Assembly (NCBI GenBank): GCA_963798085.1 | Contig: CAWCRS010000002.1 | Location: 224,001-288,000 of the forward strand | Reading direction: 5' to 3' | Origin: an uncultured Gemmatimonadales bacterium | Lineage (GTDB): Bacteria; Gemmatimonadota; Gemmatimonadetes; Longimicrobiales; RSA9 | Length of the DNA stretch: 64,000 bases | Part shown: positions 1-9,842 of the stretch, in pieces | Layout of the letters: each line of letters starts with the position of its first letter | Position numbering within the stretch: the first letter of the stretch is position 1 | Position numbers and translations under genes: made by a program | Notes under the pieces: generated by a model | The model's database searches: none | What the model saw: the letters and a program-made list of their open reading frames with translations, nothing else | Told to the model about the DNA's origin: nothing

Positions 1-1
1 G

Positions 2-190
2 CTCAACGGCGTAACCACCAGCACCACCAACTTCCAGTCCTTCGCGGAGCTGGCCTTCAGCGTGCGCGTCACGCCCGGTGTCATGCTGCAGGGCCTGATA
101 TTCGCCGTGCTGATGGGCCTGATCGGCGGCTTCCTGCCCGCACGCCACGCCGCCCGCCAGGTCATCGCTGTCGCACTCCGAAAGGCCTGA
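2..190 (+). CDS. ABC transporter permease (FtsX/MacB-type), C-terminal fragment
   Basis: Frame 2 reads ...NFQSFAELAFSVRVTPGVMLQGLIFAVLMGLIGGFLPARHAARQVIAVALRKA*, with the typical 'GGxLPAxxAAR...ALR' C-terminus. Truncated by the window edge. Confidence 0.8.
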   Translation, partial: LNGVTTSTTNFQSFAELAFSVRVTPGVMLQGLIFAVLMGLIGGFLPARHAARQVIAVALRKA

Positions 191-470
191 TTCACCGCGA
201 GAGCACGCGGAGGACGCGGAGGGCCGAGGCGTTTGCGCTACGCCATGCGCTGCATTTCACTGGCGCATGGCGTAATGCGGATGGGAATTCCGGATTTCAT
301 CTTCGCGCGGTGAACAGCGGCGTACGGGATGGAAACGGGTTTCTTGGTTTCAACGGAAACGGATTCAGGCGGGCGGTGCATCCGGGTGGTGCGCATTTCA
401 CCGGCGTCACGGGAATCGATGTTTCCGTCGCCATCCAAACCAGGAATCCGTTTCCTCCGCGTGCGTCTCG
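191..470. repeat. Nested inverted repeats, REP/MITE-like, between convergent genes
   Basis: ttcaccgcg (191-199) pairs with cgcggtgaa (306-314); tacgccatgcgc (239-250) with gcgcatggcgta (263-274); ggaaacgggtttcttggttt (331-350) with aaaccaggaatccgtttcc (437-455). Confidence 0.7.
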
Positions 471-474
471 GCGC

Positions 475-1788
475 TCACCGCGCCCTCTGCGCTGAAGAGA
501 GCGTGCGGGCGAGGCTGTCGAGGAGCGCGATGGGGAGGGGCGCGCGGAGGATGATCGTGGCGTCGGGCAGGCGCGCGACGGACGTGGTAACAGGGAGTTT
601 GGCCTGATCCTTTTCAGCGGGCGCCGCGGGCGGGCGCTGCGCGCCAGCCCCGCCGGCCGTGCCGGCGCCTCGGAAGTCGCCTTCGGCAAGCGCACTCTGC
701 GCGGGCGAGCGCGGCCATTGCAGCAGCTCGATGGCGGTGCCGGAGCCTGTGTGCTGTACCAACCGCACGGCGGCGCCGTAGTCGGCAACACTCGCGGTCT
801 GGATGGAGTCGATGGCCAGACCCTGGATGCTCGAGGGAGAACGGCCGAGCACGCGGGTCGCTTCCTCATGCGTGATGCTGCGCCATTGCGCCGCGGCCAG
901 TACAGCCAGCATGTGCGACTCGATCGAGTCGGGGATGGCGCGCCCGACGGGGACTCTGTCTCCCTTGACACCGAGCCCGCTCAAGTCCGTCGCGTCCAAC
1001 GCCCGGCCATCACGGCGCTGCTGCGCCTGCTGGTCGGCGAGCTGGCGATTCGCACCCCCCGACGACGCCTGCGCCTGCTGCTGGAGCTGCGCCCGCAGTT
1101 CCACTGTCTTCGGTGGCGGAGCGGCCTGCTGCTGCACGGGCGGCGGTGCCGCCGCCATCTTGCCCTCCTGCTTCGCCGCCGTCCTGCCCTCCTCCTTCTC
1201 GAGTGCGCGCTGGCCCGCAATCTCTGCATCAGTGATGGCGTTCGCTGAAGCCGGTGCATTCGCGGCCACACCGGGCGCGGTCTCGTGGGCGCGGGTCTCA
1301 TCGCGTGCATTGCTGGCGGGCGGCACAGCGGTCGCGGGCGGCGCGGCTTTGCGATCGGCGCTTTCCTGCGTGCGATCGAGTGCCAGTACGGCCTCCGGTC
1401 GGGAGGCGCGCGGCAGGTATACGCGCGCGTACCACGTGGCGGTGAGGGCGAGCATGACGGTCGCCGCCAGCGTCAGCGGGATGTAGAACCGCCTGCCCGG
1501 CCGTCCGGCCGCATTGCCGGACCCGCCACGTGATGCGGAGGCCGCGACGCCTGCGTCCGTACGGCGGGCCGCAAGCATCTGTTCGAAAGTCCCGGTGCGC
1601 ACACCGGCGGGAGCCATGCGTCCAAGCAATTCGTTAGCGCGCTCCCGCACCTGCCGCTCCTGCTCGAGCTGCGCCCGGCACTGGGCGCAGGACGTGAAGT
1701 GCGACTCCAGCGTGGCGCGCTCCGGATCATCCTGACCCCAGGCGCCATCGAGGTACGCGTGCATGCGTCCTTCATCCACGTGCGACAT
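475..1788 (-). CDS. Anti-sigma factor with zf-HC2 zinc finger and one TM helix
   Basis: MSHVDEGRMHAYLDG...HFTSCAQC (HxxxCxxC), TM segment IPLTLAATVMLALTATWYA; overlaps the 3' end of the ECF gene. Confidence 0.8.
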   Translation of the reverse strand: MSHVDEGRMHAYLDGAWGQDDPERATLESHFTSCAQCRAQLEQERQVRERANELLGRMAPAGVRTGTFEQMLAARRTDAGVAASASRGGSGNAAGRPGRRFYIPLTLAATVMLALTATWYARVYLPRASRPEAVLALDRTQESADRKAAPPATAVPPASNARDETRAHETAPGVAANAPASANAITDAEIAGQRALEKEEGRTAAKQEGKMAAAPPPVQQQAAPPPKTVELRAQLQQQAQASSGGANRQLADQQAQQRRDGRALDATDLSGLGVKGDRVPVGRAIPDSIESHMLAVLAAAQWRSITHEEATRVLGRSPSSIQGLAIDSIQTASVADYGAAVRLVQHTGSGTAIELLQWPRSPAQSALAEGDFRGAGTAGGAGAQRPPAAPAEKDQAKLPVTTSVARLPDATIILRAPLPIALLDSLARTLSSAQRAR

Positions 1789-2287
1789 GACTTCCCTCCG
1801 CGCCCTGCGCCGCATCGTGCGCGGCGACCAGGCGTTTTCTGGCTCGCGAGAGCGTGGTGCCGATGGCGCCCACGGCGAGACCGGTCTGCTGCGCGATTTC
1901 CACGTAATTGAAGCCGGCATCCCAGAGCAGCAGCACTTCGCGGTCGCGCTCACTCAGCTGCTCCAGTGCGTTGCGCGCCGCCTGCTCTCTTTCACGGCGA
2001 TCCATTGCGTCCACGGGATCGGGGGCCGGATCGGCTTCGTCGCTTTCGGCCTTGATCAGTGTCAGGTGCCGGCGCCGGCGCAGGGTCGAGCGCACTTCGT
2101 CGTGCGCGAGATTCGTGGCCACGCGAAACAGCCACGCCCGCGGGTTGTCAGGCTGATCGTCGAGTACGCGCACGAACGCCTCCTGCGCCAGGTCCTGGGC
2201 CCGCTCCGCATCCCACACCTTGCGGTAGAGGTAGCGGACGAGGGCCGTCCAGTTCGTGCGGTACACTTCCGCCCAGTCGGTGCTCAC
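1772..2287 (-). CDS. ECF RNA polymerase sigma-70 factor
   Basis: AQDLAQEAFVR, AWLFRVATNL, LSERDREVLLL...YVEIA...GTTLSRARKRL. GTG start chosen at 2287. Confidence 0.92.
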   Translation of the reverse strand: MSTDWAEVYRTNWTALVRYLYRKVWDAERAQDLAQEAFVRVLDDQPDNPRAWLFRVATNLAHDEVRSTLRRRRHLTLIKAESDEADPAPDPVDAMDRREREQAARNALEQLSERDREVLLLWDAGFNYVEIAQQTGLAVGAIGTTLSRARKRLVAAHDAAQGAEGSHVARG

Positions 2288-2357
2288 GCTTCGCCGGTCT
2301 CGCGCTCGTTCGAACGGGGACGACGCCACCAGGGCACCGCCCCCGACTGCTCGAACG

Positions 2358-4637
2358 TTATCGGGCGCGGAACTGCTGGACCACCCCCGCCAGCTCGGCA
2401 TCGCTCAAACGTGTGCTGCCACCCGCCGTCAGCTCGATGGCGACGTTCCTGCCCATCACGACCACGTGGTCGAACGCCGTCCAGTACGGCTGCAGCTCGG
2501 GCAGCGCGCGCAGCAGCGCGAAGTACGCGTCGCTGAATGGGTCGATGCGCACGGTCTTCGCGCCACTCTGCAGGCCCGCATCCTTCCAGCTGCCATCGCT
2601 CTGACGCGTGAAGCTGCGTCCCGCGACGGTCTGTGCAGCGAGATCGCGACGATTGCCCTCGTCCTTCCGGTAGCCCTGCACCTGCTGCTGCGCGGATTCC
2701 TGCGCCTGCTTCACGTCCTGCAGCGTCTTCGCTTCGCGCGAGCGCTGCGACTGCACCGCATCCATCACGGCCTGCTGACCCTGCTGCGACGCAGGCGGCG
2801 CCGCCGCGACACGGGCGGACAGGCCACCCGCACCCGGTGCGTTCTGGGCGCGCAGCAGTTCCGGCTCCTGCACCAGGTACGATGTGTACGCGCTCAGCAG
2901 CCCGTAGCGCAGCGCCGTCTGGCGGATCTCGTCGACCAGCTCGGGATTCGCGCCGTTCAGCCTGATGTCCTGTTCGAGCGCGCCGATCTTGCGGCTGGCC
3001 CAGAGGCGAGGAATGAAGTCGTTGCCCGTCTCGTGCGCCGGGAACGTGGCGCGCACCGTGTAACGCTCGCTCCGACCATTGCGCTGGCCGCCGATGGCCA
3101 GGTCACCACTTACGTCGCCCGTCGCGCGCTCGGCATGGTAGCGGCCGAAGATCACCAGATCCTCACCCGCGAACAGATCGGGCAGCTTGCGCGGGTAGAT
3201 CTCGTCGAAGCGCACGGGTGAACCCGCGATGTCGAGATCCGCGAGGACCGGGTGGCGGATCTTGGTCGTCAGGCTGCCCAGCGCCGCTTCCACATCCTCG
3301 CCCGGCTGCACGTACTGCGTGCTGCCGCGGCCGGCGGCGCCCAGCCTGTCGAGCAGATACGTATTCACATCGTAGCCCACGCCGAATGCGAACACGCGTG
3401 TTCTGCCGGCTTCGTGCTCGGCCTGCTGCGCAATGCGCTCGGGATTGGTCTCGCCCGCGGAGGGCAGACCATCGGTCACGAAGACGACGACGGGTAAACG
3501 GCTGTCAGGCGACGATGCCCGGAACGCTTCCGTCAGAGCGCCGGCAATGTTGGTGCCGCCTTCCGCGCGCAGCTCGTCGACCCAGCGCAGGCCCTCGCGC
3601 ACCTGGTCCGCCGTGGCCACAGTCCAGTCCTCACGCCAAGTGGTGACGCCGCTGCTGAAGCGGATCAGGCGGAAGCGGTCGCGCCGGTCCAGCGACTGCA
3701 GCAGCTGGCGCAGTGCGGAGCGCGCCTGCTCGATTTTCTCCCCGGACATTGAACCGGAGACGTCGACTACCGCCGTGATGTCGCGGGGCACCTGCGATTC
3801 CGCCGCTTCTCCCGGCGACAGTGTCAGCATGAAGTAGCCGTCCTCGCCGGACGGCCGGTGTGTGGCGAGCGTCAGGCCAATGGCACGCTCCGCCAGCGGC
3901 AGGAAGAGGGCGAGGTCGCCTTCCAGCGCGCCCGCGGGCCGCACCACCATGTGGCCCGCCTCACGCGTCACACGCAGCTCGTGCGTGGGTGAGAACGCAT
4001 CGCGGAACAACTCGCCGTTATCCGCGGTCAGCATGAACGTGAGCGGCGCACTGGCGGGCAGGGTCTGCACGCCCGGCGCGTGCTCGCTGCCCGGTGGCAC
4101 GATGCCGCCGAAACGGCCGCCCGCCGCGTAGCGGAACTGCACCGCATCGCCGGCGCGCTGCAGCAGCTGGGTGTAACGCAGCGTTATCTTGCGCGTCTCA
4201 CCGGGGTTGATGGGGAACACGCGCGCACGCACCAGCCCGTGGCCCACCAGCTCGATGAGCGCCGGATCGCGCTTCTTGCGCACGATCTCCTCGTAGATGC
4301 TGCGCGCACGGTCCGCATCCATGGTCTCGCCGCGAAGCTCCTGATCGCCCTGGAACAGCGAAAAGTTGCTGAACACGGCTTCGCCCGGCAGCGGGTAGAT
4401 GTAGTCGCCTTCACCCAGCGGATTGCGCCCGGAATTGCGGAACCACTCCTCCACTTCGACCTGTGCCACGCGATCCGTCACGTGCACCTGTACGCTCGTG
4501 CGCACCTTCACCACCCCCGGATCCGAACGCCCCGGCGGCGGCTCGATCCACCCCTGTGCATGTGCCTGTTTGCTCAACGGGAAGATCGCGAGCAGCGGCA
4601 GCAGCGCCGCGAACCGTGACAGACTGCGTCGTCGCAT
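2358..4637 (-). CDS. Secreted VIT + vWA domain protein
   Basis: Signal peptide, VIT domain (EGDYIYPLP...ARSIYEEIVRKKRDPALIE), MIDAS motif DVSGS, GGTNI, VTDGLP; GGAGG RBS. Confidence 0.9.
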   Translation of the reverse strand: MRRRSLSRFAALLPLLAIFPLSKQAHAQGWIEPPPGRSDPGVVKVRTSVQVHVTDRVAQVEVEEWFRNSGRNPLGEGDYIYPLPGEAVFSNFSLFQGDQELRGETMDADRARSIYEEIVRKKRDPALIELVGHGLVRARVFPINPGETRKITLRYTQLLQRAGDAVQFRYAAGGRFGGIVPPGSEHAPGVQTLPASAPLTFMLTADNGELFRDAFSPTHELRVTREAGHMVVRPAGALEGDLALFLPLAERAIGLTLATHRPSGEDGYFMLTLSPGEAAESQVPRDITAVVDVSGSMSGEKIEQARSALRQLLQSLDRRDRFRLIRFSSGVTTWREDWTVATADQVREGLRWVDELRAEGGTNIAGALTEAFRASSPDSRLPVVVFVTDGLPSAGETNPERIAQQAEHEAGRTRVFAFGVGYDVNTYLLDRLGAAGRGSTQYVQPGEDVEAALGSLTTKIRHPVLADLDIAGSPVRFDEIYPRKLPDLFAGEDLVIFGRYHAERATGDVSGDLAIGGQRNGRSERYTVRATFPAHETGNDFIPRLWASRKIGALEQDIRLNGANPELVDEIRQTALRYGLLSAYTSYLVQEPELLRAQNAPGAGGLSARVAAAPPASQQGQQAVMDAVQSQRSREAKTLQDVKQAQESAQQQVQGYRKDEGNRRDLAAQTVAGRSFTRQSDGSWKDAGLQSGAKTVRIDPFSDAYFALLRALPELQPYWTAFDHVVVMGRNVAIELTAGGSTRLSDAELAGVVQQFRAR

Positions 4638-4678
4638 GATGCTCCTCCAGCCAGAATCGTGGTTGCGTTCCAACCGGG

Positions 4679-4705
4679 ATGACGGCTGGGGCCGGAGGAG
4701 TTGCA
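4679..4705 (-). promoter_or_regulatory. Candidate ECF-type promoter for the VIT-vWA/ECF/anti-sigma operon
   Basis: Minus strand TGCAAC-N16-GTCAT about 40 nt upstream of the VIT start, matching the generic ECF AAC/(C)GT arrangement. Confidence 0.4.
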
Positions 4706-4930
4706 CAGGTGGGCGCCTGCGGCGCCCGTTTCTGGGCTGGGGCTGGGGCTCGGGCTGGGGTTAACCTGTCGGACCGTCCTGGCATTCTTGCGATGCGCGC
4801 CAAACGCTCATGGTGAAGACGCGCACGGCTATCGACGGACCGGTCTTCATTCCTGTGCGGGTCGCGGCGCTGTCGAAACCGGCCGGAAGGAAAGAACGCC
4901 AAGCTGGTCCGATAGCCTGCAGAGTGGGGC

Positions 4931-5022
4931 GGCGTTGCTGGGTCCGAGCAACCAGCCCCAGCAACGCCATTGATCCGTGTCTGTTTCCGAGCAACCAGCC
5001 GGAGCAACCAGCCCCGGCAACG
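4931..5022. repeat. Hairpin plus three GAGCAACCAGCC direct repeats downstream of the M14 peptidase
   Basis: ggcgttgctggg (4931-4942) pairs with cccagcaacgcc (4957-4968); gagcaaccagcc at 4946, 4989 and 5002. Confidence 0.6.
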
Positions 5023-5026
5023 AAAT

Positions 5027-7855
5027 TCAATTCGTCGCGGGTTTCGTCGACGATGCACCCCCCAGCATGACGCCATTGAAAAGCAGTTTGAACGTGGCAT
5101 GCGGCTGGCCGCGGAAGGCGACCTCGGGACCGAGCAGCATGACGCGGCCCTTGCCCAGAGTGGCATCGACGATGGCGGTGCCGCCGTCGAGGTATTCCTG
5201 GCCCCAGGCCCAGCCGCTGTCCAGCACCTTGGGGCTGGCGAACCAGGCCACAGGCGAGGCGTGTTTGAGCGCGGCGTCAGGGCTCATGCGGAAAACAGGA
5301 CTGTTATCGAACACCACATTGACGGTCGAAGGCATGCCGTACGCCAGCGGGTCGGTGTTGTCCACGCTCACGCGCAGCAGTGAGCCGGGGATGTAGAACT
5401 TCTCGGGTGGCAGCGGCTGCTCGCGACCATTGTGGTCCAGTTCGGTGAGGTAGTCGCTGACGGGCAGGCCCAGCAGCTGGCCCATTCCGGTCGAGCTGCC
5501 AATGCTGACCACCGCGCCGCCGGCTTCGACGAACCGGCGCAGCTGCGGAATCGTACGATCTTCGCTGATGCGGCCCAGCCAGCCGCGGTACTCGGCCGGG
5601 ATGCTGGCGGGATCGGTGCTCGTGCCGTCGCCGCCGCTGCCCGCACGCATTTCGCCCGCGGCACTCTCGCCACGCGCGCGGCGGAACGCGCCATCCGTGA
5701 ATACGAGGACGTCGTACTTGTTCTGCAGATTGCCGGCATCGAGTGTCTGCGGATACACCAGCTCGCAGGGGAACTCGTACTGCTCGAAGAGCCAGCGCGC
5801 CCAGCCGGTGGGCATGAGGCCGCCATAGATGTCGACCAGCCCGATGCGCACCGGCTTGAGCTTGATCGCCGTCTGTATGGCGCGCGCCGCACCATGCACG
5901 TCCACACCCAGTTCTTTTGCGGCGCGCTCCAGTATGGGCCTGCCCGCCGTGCACGCAGGCGTCCAGATGGTGCCTGTTCCCAGGTCCACATGCTCGTCGG
6001 TTTCAGCGCCGGGCAGCCAGTATACATCGCAGCCCGCCTTGAGCAGCCGGTTCACGACAATGAACGAATTGTTAGTCTCATGGCTGATCAAGTAGCCGGC
6101 GGCATTGGCTGGACCGGTCACGGTGCCGGCTGGCGGATCGACCAGACCGGTCAGCTTCGTGAACGGTCCGTCGAACGGATCCAGCAGCCGGTCGTACTGC
6201 ACGCCCATCTGCATGGCCAGTGTCCAGCCCGTGATGTCATAGGGCGGGATGGGCGGACCGCCCGGATAACGGAAATCGTTGGGGTGATCCTGCGGCTCGA
6301 ACATGTCGAGCACGTGCGGGCGGTACGCCTGCGCCGTCTTCACCACGTAGGAACCTGCGGGATAGCTCTTGCCGCCCGCCTGGAAACCCGCGCTGGCGCG
6401 CTGTACCGTGATGCCGGTCTTGAGGAGCGCATTCACGAACTTCGTCGCGGTCGCGAAATCGGGCTGGTCCGCGGGAATGATGTAGCCGCGCGGATCGCGA
6501 TGCTGCGGATCGTGCAGCACGCTCTCGTAGAGCGATGCTGGCAGCGCGTTGCCGCCGCCGCGCAGCGCGGCATTCGCGGTGCGCCCCTGCGCCGCCGCCC
6601 GCAGCGCCTCGATGCGATCCGGTGTCACCGTCCAGGAATCGCGGCTGCCGCGCTCGATCGAGTTCATGCCCTTGCGGTACATGTCGTAGAGCAGCGTCTC
6701 GCGATTGCGTGATGCGTAGTCGAGCACCGCGCGGTTGATCTCGATCTCATAATCGATCGACTGCCGGTAGTGCCATTTCTGCGGCGGCACGGGATACGGC
6801 AGATCGCCTGTGGGCAGCTGCCGGTCCGCTACCAGCGGGATGTCGACGGGTGTGGGATTGCCGATAATCTCCGTGAGCAAGCCGATGGTGTTGTGGAAAT
6901 AGCCGATCGTGCGCAAGCCGCCGTTCCACCACGTCGAATAGTTCGAGTAGCTGCGCATGCCCGAACCCGGCATGCCCTCGGAAATCAGGCGGGCGTGCAT
7001 GGCGCTGGCCACCTGCTCGATCTGCACGGGAATGAGCGGATCGAAGTTGTAGTTGAAGGGATCGCGGAACGGTGGCATGAACACCACGCCGCCCGTGGCA
7101 TTGGGACCGGGCTGATGGTGGTTGTAGACGATCTGCGGGAACCACTCGAGGAACATGACGCGATTCATGTTCGTGGTTTCCGGCATGTTGGAGATGAAGA
7201 AGTCGCGGTTGTCGTCGTGGCCGATGTACTTGTTGTACAGGCGGGGCAGCGCATTCAGCGACCGCTTCGCCGGGTCCGACTCACGCATGTACCACTTCGC
7301 CACCATCTCCTGCCCGTCCGGATTCGCCTGCACGGCCAGCAGGATGTCATCATTCAGGAAACGCATCGTCTCGGGATCCGTGCGGCTGACCATCTGGTAG
7401 ACGGTCTCCATGATCTGCTGCGAGCCGACCGTCTCGCTGGCGTGCAGTCCGCCATCGATCCATACGACGGCCTTGCCTTCGCGCGCCAGCGCGTGCGCCT
7501 GGTCCTCGGTCAGACCTTCCGCGTGCGCGAGACGCGCGGAAATATCGCGATAGTGGTCGAGCTTCTTCAGATTCTCCGGCGAACTGATGATGGCCATGTA
7601 CTGGTGCCGGCCCTCTGCGGTCGGGCCCATGTCGACCAGCTTCATGCGGTCCGACTCCGCAGCCAGCTTCTTCCACCAGCCCTCCAGTTGCGTGTAGTTC
7701 GCCATCTGGTAGTCGTCACCCAGATTGAACCCGAGCGCCTGTTTCGGCGTGGTCACCTTGAGCGGCGCCTGCGCCCGCAGCGCGGACGTCTGCGCGGCCA
7801 GTGCCAGCAGCAGCGTGAGCAGCAGTGTCGATTGACGCGCGGCGCGTGCCTTCAT
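5027..7855 (-). CDS. Secreted M14 family zinc carboxypeptidase
   Basis: Signal peptide, GLHASE (HxxE), NPDG, HDDNRD, YNHHQ; C-terminal glutamine-amidotransferase-like domain. Confidence 0.9.
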   Translation of the reverse strand: MKARAARQSTLLLTLLLALAAQTSALRAQAPLKVTTPKQALGFNLGDDYQMANYTQLEGWWKKLAAESDRMKLVDMGPTAEGRHQYMAIISSPENLKKLDHYRDISARLAHAEGLTEDQAHALAREGKAVVWIDGGLHASETVGSQQIMETVYQMVSRTDPETMRFLNDDILLAVQANPDGQEMVAKWYMRESDPAKRSLNALPRLYNKYIGHDDNRDFFISNMPETTNMNRVMFLEWFPQIVYNHHQPGPNATGGVVFMPPFRDPFNYNFDPLIPVQIEQVASAMHARLISEGMPGSGMRSYSNYSTWWNGGLRTIGYFHNTIGLLTEIIGNPTPVDIPLVADRQLPTGDLPYPVPPQKWHYRQSIDYEIEINRAVLDYASRNRETLLYDMYRKGMNSIERGSRDSWTVTPDRIEALRAAAQGRTANAALRGGGNALPASLYESVLHDPQHRDPRGYIIPADQPDFATATKFVNALLKTGITVQRASAGFQAGGKSYPAGSYVVKTAQAYRPHVLDMFEPQDHPNDFRYPGGPPIPPYDITGWTLAMQMGVQYDRLLDPFDGPFTKLTGLVDPPAGTVTGPANAAGYLISHETNNSFIVVNRLLKAGCDVYWLPGAETDEHVDLGTGTIWTPACTAGRPILERAAKELGVDVHGAARAIQTAIKLKPVRIGLVDIYGGLMPTGWARWLFEQYEFPCELVYPQTLDAGNLQNKYDVLVFTDGAFRRARGESAAGEMRAGSGGDGTSTDPASIPAEYRGWLGRISEDRTIPQLRRFVEAGGAVVSIGSSTGMGQLLGLPVSDYLTELDHNGREQPLPPEKFYIPGSLLRVSVDNTDPLAYGMPSTVNVVFDNSPVFRMSPDAALKHASPVAWFASPKVLDSGWAWGQEYLDGGTAIVDATLGKGRVMLLGPEVAFRGQPHATFKLLFNGVMLGGASSTKPATN

Positions 7856-8017
7856 GGATCGCCTCCGGGCGGGCGTGGTGGATCCCTAACGTGATATTGT
7901 GCGGACCGCTCGCGGCGCAGTGCCGACCCGCGGGCCTCGCCGGTGACTGACCGTTGCCGGCCGGCCGGCGCGGCGCAGCATTCGAGGAAGCGGGCGTTTG
8001 CGAGTGTGCGTCGGAGT

Positions 8018-8878
8018 CTAGGGATGGCGCGGCGCAGGCACAAGGCGGCGCGACCCGGCCGCCTCGGCTGCGCCACGCATGGCGAGATCCAGGGCCTGCA
8101 TCTCCCGTGTCGTCAGCGCGCGGAACCGGCCGCTCGCCAGTGTGCCCAGCGCCAGCGGTCCGATGGCCACGCGCACGAGACGGCGCACCTGCACACCCAG
8201 CGCCTCGAGCAGGCGACGGATCTGACGGTTGCGGCCCTCGTCCAGCACCACTTCCAGCCACGCGTTCCTGTCGCCACGCCGCAGTTCGCGCACGGCCAGA
8301 GCGCGCAGCGCGCCGGCACGCGGATGCGTGATGCCCCGCTCCATTGCAGCCAGCAGCGCCGCATCCGGCAGCCTGTCGATCTGCACGTGATACACGCGCT
8401 CCACGTGCCGCGCCGGCGAGAGCAGACGGTCCGCCCAGCGCGTGTCGTTGGTGAACAGGAGCAACCCTTCACTGGCCTTGTCGAGCCGGCCCACGGGTGA
8501 GAGCCAGGGCAGCGCGTGTCCGCGCAGACACGTGTACACGGTGTCCCGCCCCTGCTCATCGGATGTCGTCGTCACCAGACCGCGCGGCTTGTTCAGCATG
8601 AGATACAACGGATGGTGGGCGACGACTCTCTTTCCGTCCACGTCGATGCGATCGCGCTCCGGATCGACGCGGAGTGTCGTCGCGCGCAAAAGGCGGCCGT
8701 TGACGCGCACGCGCTGCTGCGCGATCAGCGATGCGGCCTCACTGCGCGAACAATGGCCCAGACGCGAGAGAGCGCGCGCAATGCTGAGTACACCGTGGCC
8801 GTGCGGCGACGGCGAGTTGCCCGGCGCTGCCGTGCTTCGCCTGCGGGAAAGCCGGGATCGTGAATCAGACGTCGTCAT
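8018..8878 (-). CDS. rRNA pseudouridine synthase (RsuA/RluB family)
   Basis: S4 domain (SRSEA..LI..RVRVNG), LNKPRG, VGRLDKASEGLLLFTND, EGRNRQIRR. Confidence 0.93.
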   Translation of the reverse strand: MTTSDSRSRLSRRRSTAAPGNSPSPHGHGVLSIARALSRLGHCSRSEAASLIAQQRVRVNGRLLRATTLRVDPERDRIDVDGKRVVAHHPLYLMLNKPRGLVTTTSDEQGRDTVYTCLRGHALPWLSPVGRLDKASEGLLLFTNDTRWADRLLSPARHVERVYHVQIDRLPDAALLAAMERGITHPRAGALRALAVRELRRGDRNAWLEVVLDEGRNRQIRRLLEALGVQVRRLVRVAIGPLALGTLASGRFRALTTREMQALDLAMRGAAEAAGSRRLVPAPRHP

Positions 8879-8899
8879 GGCATCGTCGCCTGCAATCCG

Positions 8900-9149
8900 T
8901 CATGCACCGGACAGTGCATCCAGCACGCTTGAGCACTTCTCCGCGTGGGAGCGCATGCACGGGATTGGCGCCGCCTCGCACCCAGCGCACGACACCGCCG
9001 CGGTCCACGATGACACTGCTGCTGCGCTGGAGAAAAGCACGACATTCCGGCCGCGCAGGGCGGAGAGTGCAACCGCATCGCCATGCGTGGTGTGCGCCGA
9101 GGAATCGGGCGCGGGCAGTCCCACCATCTCGGCCCTGGAAAGGCGTCAT
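8900..9149 (-). pseudogene. Peroxiredoxin (AhpC/TSA, BCP-like) remnant with internal deletion
   Basis: N-terminal VGLPAPD..AHTTHGDAVALSALRGRNVVLF is joined, with frame changes, to C-terminal SVIVDRGGVVRW...VLDAL. The catalytic PxxxTxxC region is absent. Confidence 0.6.
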
Positions 9150-9320
9150 GGGCGTTCCTCTCGCTGAGGGCGCCCGCAACGTGCCGGGCGCGAACGCGGC
9201 CCGCAAGACTGCGCAATGCACGGACGACCCGGCGCCGGTGGCGCCGGGCCGCCGCGACGCGTCACTGCGACCGGTGCTTCAAGGTGAGAGTGGACGCGTC
9301 GATCTGTGCATGCGTGCGCG

Positions 9321-9539
9321 TCAGGTATGGCGGGATGGTTCGGTCAGCGTCTCGACCCAGGAATCCACCTCGCGCTCGAGTTCTTCCTTGTTCCTGCCGT
9401 AGCGCTCCTGCAGCCTGCCGAGCAGCTCCATCCGCCGTCCCTGTATGCGATCCACGTCATCATCCGTGAGCTTGCCCCAGTGCTGCCGCACGCGGCCCTT
9501 CACCTGCTTCCAGTTTCCTTCCATCTGCTGCCAGTTCAT
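9321..9539 (-). CDS. csbD: CsbD family general stress protein
   Basis: MNWQQMEGNWKQVKGRVRQHWGKLTDDDVDRIQGRRMELLGRLQERYG. Confidence 0.92.
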   Translation of the reverse strand: MNWQQMEGNWKQVKGRVRQHWGKLTDDDVDRIQGRRMELLGRLQERYGRNKEELEREVDSWVETLTEPSRHT

Positions 9540-9636
9540 AGCGACTCCTTTCCCATCCGGAAAGCGAACATCGCCGACAGCCGCGACCGTGCCTCCTGCG
9601 CGGCAGGCGCCGGCGACAGCTGCACGATCATGCAAC

Positions 9637-9652
9637 GCAAGCCATGTGCCCA
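9637..9652 (-). promoter_or_regulatory. Candidate sigma-54 promoter for csbD
   Basis: Minus strand GGCAC-ATGGC-TTGC (GG-N10-GC) about 100 nt upstream of the start. Confidence 0.55.
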
Positions 9653-9842
9653 TCGCATGGTTGTGCGGAAACTCACTGCACGGCTCGCTAGCACGCGTGT
9701 TCGCACGGCACCCCAGTGTACACTCGTCGCGGCGCCGGCAATGCGCTGACTGCGCGCCGCGGTACGGGTTCTGCACACATTGTGCAGTGCACCCGGCACG
9801 AGAAGCGGAGGGTGCGCTTCAACGCATGGAAGGAGCAGGACG

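Noticed and set aside
4931..5022. Possible mini CRISPR array
   Set aside because: Repeats are only 12 bp with irregular spacing, and there are no cas genes.
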